Assembly (NCBI GenBank): GCA_000708835.1
Contig: DF236982.1
Coordinates: 248,001 to 312,000 of the forward strand
Length of the DNA: 64,000 nt
Reading direction: 5' to 3'
Origin: Klebsormidium nitens
Lineage: Eukaryota; Plantae; Klebsormidiophyceae
Below, one piece after another: positions 59,739 through 64,000 of this stretch. The notes beneath the pieces are model-generated. The model was not told the DNA's origin and did no database searches. It saw nothing but the letters and a program-made list of their open reading frames with translations. Numbering within the stretch: position 1 is the stretch's first letter; every line of letters begins with the position of its first letter. Made by a program: the position numbers and the translations under genes.

Positions 59739-60047
59739 AATGATGTTTCAGCGTACACCGGGCCGCGCGCAGTCTCGCAAATGTCGTCCGAATCGTCAAA
59801 TTGTGTTGCTTTGCACGCGCGCTTCCGAAGCTTTGCGCAAGAAAGGAAGGGGGCCAAGCGGCAGTTAATCGTGCTCCACTCGTTGCACCTTGACTGCATT
59901 CCAGCAGACTAGGTAACTTTGCTAGTCTCGAAAATACGTCACTGATGACATCAGCGATACCAGTGGTACGGTACGGTACTTTTAGGATGTGGTCGGTACC
60001 GCCTGGTTCAACCGGGTGCGGTAGGTGCTCGGGGCAATCGCAGGTTA

Positions 60048-60187
60048 CAAACAGGGCTAACACTGATCTTGGTGGGGTTAGCCGGGGGGTTAGGGTGGGT
60101 ACGGGTGGGCTCTGGCGGAACGCCTTAGGGTTTGCTCAATGCTTACCCTTAGGGTTTTAGTATGTGTAAGGGTGTTAACCCTGTGTG
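60048..60187. mobile_element. Possible MITE-like element with a G-rich, telomere-like core
   Basis: CAAACAGGGCTAACAC (60048) pairs with GTGTTAACCCTGTGTG (60172-60187) at 14/16. The interior has GGGGTTAG, GGGTTAGGG and CCTTAGGGTTT. No target-site duplication seen. Confidence 0.4.
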
Positions 60188-60777
60188 ACATCATCAGTGA
60201 CGCAAATTGTAAGACTAGCAAACTTACGTACCCACGTCCTGCATTGAGCCGGCCGGCCTGACTGCGGTAGACCTGAATCAGCGTTGACACACACGTGAAC
60301 ACGTCAACACTGACTCAGTGAGAATCATGAGAAACGGCGTACCGCACCACCATGTATATCCCAGTCTAGTCCTTCCATGGCGGCAACGTCATCTCATCCA
60401 TTCTGATATGCCACTAGACTTCTTTGAGTGGAGCTGAGAATCGAAGGACCCACCGATAGGATGCTGGAAAGACACTTCAAAGTTTGCATCTTGAAGCAGT
60501 ATAAGTCAGATGCAGGGCCAGGGCCGCCAAAGGTTGAAGGGCTAAGGGGTAATTCTAACACAGAGGGGCCGCAAAGATGTCAGAACTCCACATTTTCATC
60601 TTTACATTTTTCCACACGCTTCATCTTAGATCATTCTTCTATATCTGGCAAGCGTACACGCCAATATCTTATGAGCCTGCACCAAGCAACTTGCGCATAC
60701 TAAGCTAAGCCACAGCAACAAGAAAGATGATTAGCTTCGTCTACCTGTCTTTTACCAATCACTAACGAGCAGCAAAG

Positions 60778-63700
60778 ATGAATTATCGGGCAGGCACCAG
60801 GGCCCCCTCTGCTTGGGCCGCTCCCCGGGGGGAAGCTGAACCAGACGCCTTCGAGCTGCAAGCAGCGTCCCTGGCCCCCCTGACCGCCGCCATTCTGAAA
60901 GCGCGCAGGGGATCACCCGAGCCTCGTTACAAGTCCCGCCCGCAGTCGAGCCACTCGCAACGTTCCAGGGGGAACGCAAACGGGGGGTTCTTTTCGGGCT
61001 TATCAAGCCAGCCGTCTGCGGGGGGTAATTTGTGGTCAGCCCCCCATCGGTCTTCTGGGGGGGTGCGCTCAGGGCAGCTGGGAGACGGGGGGGTGCCGAC
61101 GACCGCGCTCGAAGAGAGCATCGCGCGGCTGAATGTGCTGCAGAGTCGGCTGAAACGGGGGGCGGGGGAGCCGGCGTCTGAACGAGCGTCGGGAGGCAGC
61201 TTGCGGAGGGGGCTGCTGAGCCCCCCGACGCGGAAAGATGATGTCAGCTCGGCGGAGGCCGCGGTAGCAAGTCAGCGGAAAGCGAGCTTGCGAGACGAGA
61301 TCCAGAGCGCAGAAAGGGCGCTGAACAGGGGGGTCCAGAAGGCTGCTTTTACCACCCCCGAGGGGGAGGTAAAGCGGGTAATCCGAGTGGACGAAGCGCC
61401 GCGCCCCCTGTCTGCAGCCAGGGGGATCAACCGGGCCCCGATAGATGGAAACGTGGGGCCAATCTCTGGGCATGATTACCCCCCTTTTTCGAAGCAGGAC
61501 GTGCGGCGCCACTCAATCGGGCCCCTCCCAGAGGCTCCCAGGGGCAGCTCAGATGCCGCAAACCGCAGGCACTCGTCTGATGGGGGGCGGCCGGCCTCTG
61601 CCAAAACGGACGCAGCTTATCCCGGACCTTACCCCTCCTTCGATTCCAGGGGGGTCCAGGACAGTGCAGAAGTCAGCTTTGGTCAGGAGGCGAGGACGCC
61701 AGGATTGTCGCAGTCATGGACGGGGCAGAGAATTCTCTGGTCGACGCAAGTGAGTCGGGGGGATAGTTTGGCGGAGGGGAGTGGTGAGAAACGGGTGGCA
61801 GCGACGGAGGGAAATGCTGAAAGGTGGGTGCGAATTTGAGCCGACTTCTCTGCACTTTGCTGTGCTACACTCTACTTGTTTAGTGGGTGTCATTCCACCC
61901 ATGTGTAAGAACATGTTAAGCCATTACCAAATTTGTCACTGAACTGAAGAGGCCTCTCACCGAAAAGATAGTTGTCATTGGCTGTCATGTGGTCCGATAA
62001 GTAAAGGTCGGCCCTCTTCATTATTTAGGGATTGCTTAGAGCAAGCTCGCTGGAGCTCCGTGGAGTAGCAGTGACAGAGCTGGAGTGGTGCAGCGGACTG
62101 CTTAAAGTACGGTCCGCGAGCCAAAATTATGCTGAGACTTGAACTTCTGCTTGTCTTGTCTGGTCAAAGGGGAAAATAACTCATACCACTTTTAAGGTAA
62201 TGTTGGGAAGACGCTCAACGGAGAAAGTTGATATGATCTGGCTGCACATATTGATGGACTTACTGCTTCGTTAATCCCCGGTCAAGAAGCTTGCTTCGCA
62301 ATTGCATGCATAGATTCGGCAAGAACCCCTCAGCCTCGTTCCCACATCTATGCTTGACGACATGCGAACGTTTCCCTTGAAAGACACGTCGTTCAATCAA
62401 ACTTTCAGAAGTATGCAGGCAGCGGCAAATCAGCTATATAGACCCGTCTTCTTCTGGCCCGCCTCCTCACCTATGCTTGACATCAAGGGGACGCATCCTC
62501 CAGAAAGACGTATTCAACTTGTACTTTCACCCGTGCAGGCAGCGACCAATCAGCTACACAGAGGGTGTTCTAAGAGAGTCGCTAACGGTTCCACTTTGAT
62601 GCTTGACATCAGTGGCCCATATCTCGCACAAGATGCATACAATAGTACATTCGCTCGTGCAGGCAGCGACCAATCAGCTACCCAGACGGTGTTCTATCTC
62701 AGTCGCTAACCGGTTCCACAACTGGGGGATCCCTGGATTCGCTGCAAGCAAGAGTGAGCTCCCTGGAGGCGGAGCGGGGGCCTCTCGAAGGACGACTGTA
62801 CGAGGTGAGTGCCTTGAATGGAAGGAGATTGAAGTGAGGCTGACGTTTGAAATGCGGAAAGAATGAGGCAGATATGGGAAGGGAACAAACCACAGGACTG
62901 GCCGTAAACGCCTAGGAGAAAGCAGTGTATGTGATCGAACTCCCATGAGATAGAAAATTCCCTTCAAATGGAGAGGACAGAGGAAAGAAAGAAGTCGTGC
63001 AGTGGGGCGCGTGTATAGAGGGCGCTAACGGGTTTGTCCGATCTAGCCTTTAGTCGGTCCTTCTTCGCCAAGCCTGCTTTTTCGAGTGGGCTAGGTTTGC
63101 TGTCATTACCAGGTAGAAAACAGAAGAAAGCTGAGAACGTGCCCTGTCGTACTGGACTTTGGACACGGATGTCTTCCGCGCTTTGGTCAGCAACAGGGCA
63201 AGCTCTCTATGTCTTCACGGAGTTTCGTCGCAGTCTGCTGACTCATATCAGATAAGGAACGCCAAAGTCCGGTCGTCAGCCCACAGAAGACAGGGTTTTG
63301 AAAACGAGTGTCCCCTTCTTCTCAGCGACTTTCGCTCTCTTTGCAGGCGATCGGCCGCATGTCCGCCTCGATGGAGCGCGCCTTTCAGCAGCGCGTCGAG
63401 CGCCTCGAGGCGACCATGCACGACGCCGTGGCCGAGGCGGTCGCCTTTCTGGGCAAAAAGGCGACCGCGGACGCCCGTTCCGAGATCGAAAAAGCGTCTG
63501 CGGACGCCCAAATGGCGATCGACAAGAAACTAGGGCCGGCGGGGATGGAGCGCCTCGCACGGCGCGCGGTGTGGCTCGTGGGGGGGAAGATGGGCGCGAG
63601 GGCGACCGCACTAGAGGCCAAAGCGGCTAGGTGGGCGCCCAAATAACGAAGTCTTTTCTTCTTGGGGGCTCTTGAGGAGAAGGAAACTAAATGCTGCGAG

Positions 63701-64000
63701 CCTAGCTAACTTTGATCACCTAAGCCAGATGAGTTGCCTGAGCGGTGAACGGGGAAGTCCCTTTTGACAATTCCCTTTGAAACGAGAGTTCGAGAATATG
63801 TTTACATTAGTTGCGGAGTCCCACCTACATTCAAAAGGTAATTGAGAAGCTAATATTTTCTTCCGTTCCGCAACCCAGAATGTTGATTGGATGCTTTTCT
63901 CTGTGCAGGGCGCTGACTGTCGCTAAGCGGACCGAGTCCCAGCTGCGCCAGCTGGAGGCCACTCACAAGCTAAGCGACGGCCACGTGTCCCATCTAACGG
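60778..64000 (+). CDS. Unknown protein with a disordered N-terminus and coiled-coil C-terminal part (3' incomplete)
   Basis: Exons 60778-61749, ~62703-62804, 63347-63630, 63909->64000 join in phases 0,0,2. Heptad-like segments SLQARVSSLEAER, MERAFQQRVERLEATMHD, TESQLRQLEA. Confidence 0.7.
62350..62720 (+). repeat. Three ~123-126 bp tandem units overlapping the exon 2 acceptor of the coiled-coil gene
   Basis: ATGCTTGAC at 62350, 62473, 62599; TGCAG|GCAGCG.C.AATCAGCTA at 62417, 62537, 62661; AG|TCGCTAAC(C)GGTTCCAC at ~62578 and 62702. Confidence 0.88.

Noticed and set aside
63308-63646. End of the coiled-coil gene at TAA 63646
   Set aside because: A phase-2 donor at 63631 joins an open exon at 63909, so the gene probably continues past the window.
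1-64000. tRNA, rRNA or snRNA genes
   Set aside because: No recognisable conserved sequences by eye; tRNAscan-SE and Infernal would be needed to exclude them.

Overview
Intron-rich eukaryotic nuclear DNA with GC-rich exons and GT-AG introns, plus two probable GC-AG introns. The gene content (RUS6, DRM methyltransferase, RGLG-type RING, half-size ABCG) and intron style suggest a streptophyte alga such as Klebsormidium; this is inference. Phase-checked spliced models: RUS6/DUF647 (785-7566 +), intronless F-box/LRR-like gene (8856-10232 -), NEMP-like membrane protein with C-terminal RING (10617-15655 +), two-repeat Cys-rich protein (21725-23236 +), PH/PTB-fold protein with NPF/WxxF motifs (24802-29334 -, 5' end not found), SF2 DExD helicase with in-frame stops (35420-40103 -), DRM cytosine methyltransferase (44448-48601 +) preceded by an in-phase exon chain with stops, ABCG half-transporter (50172-58993 -), and a coiled-coil gene running off the window (60778-64000 +). 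Two observations stand out. (1) Six intronic arrays or copies in three genes are tandem duplicates of the neighbouring splice junction (splice site plus exon end), leaving up to six decoy sites next to the real one. (2) A ~13 kb block holds a ResIII-like helicase facing away from a DRM gene; both arms carry isolated nonsense codons with open frames on either side while the DRM catalytic part stays intact. All coordinates and translations were read by hand; no searches were run.
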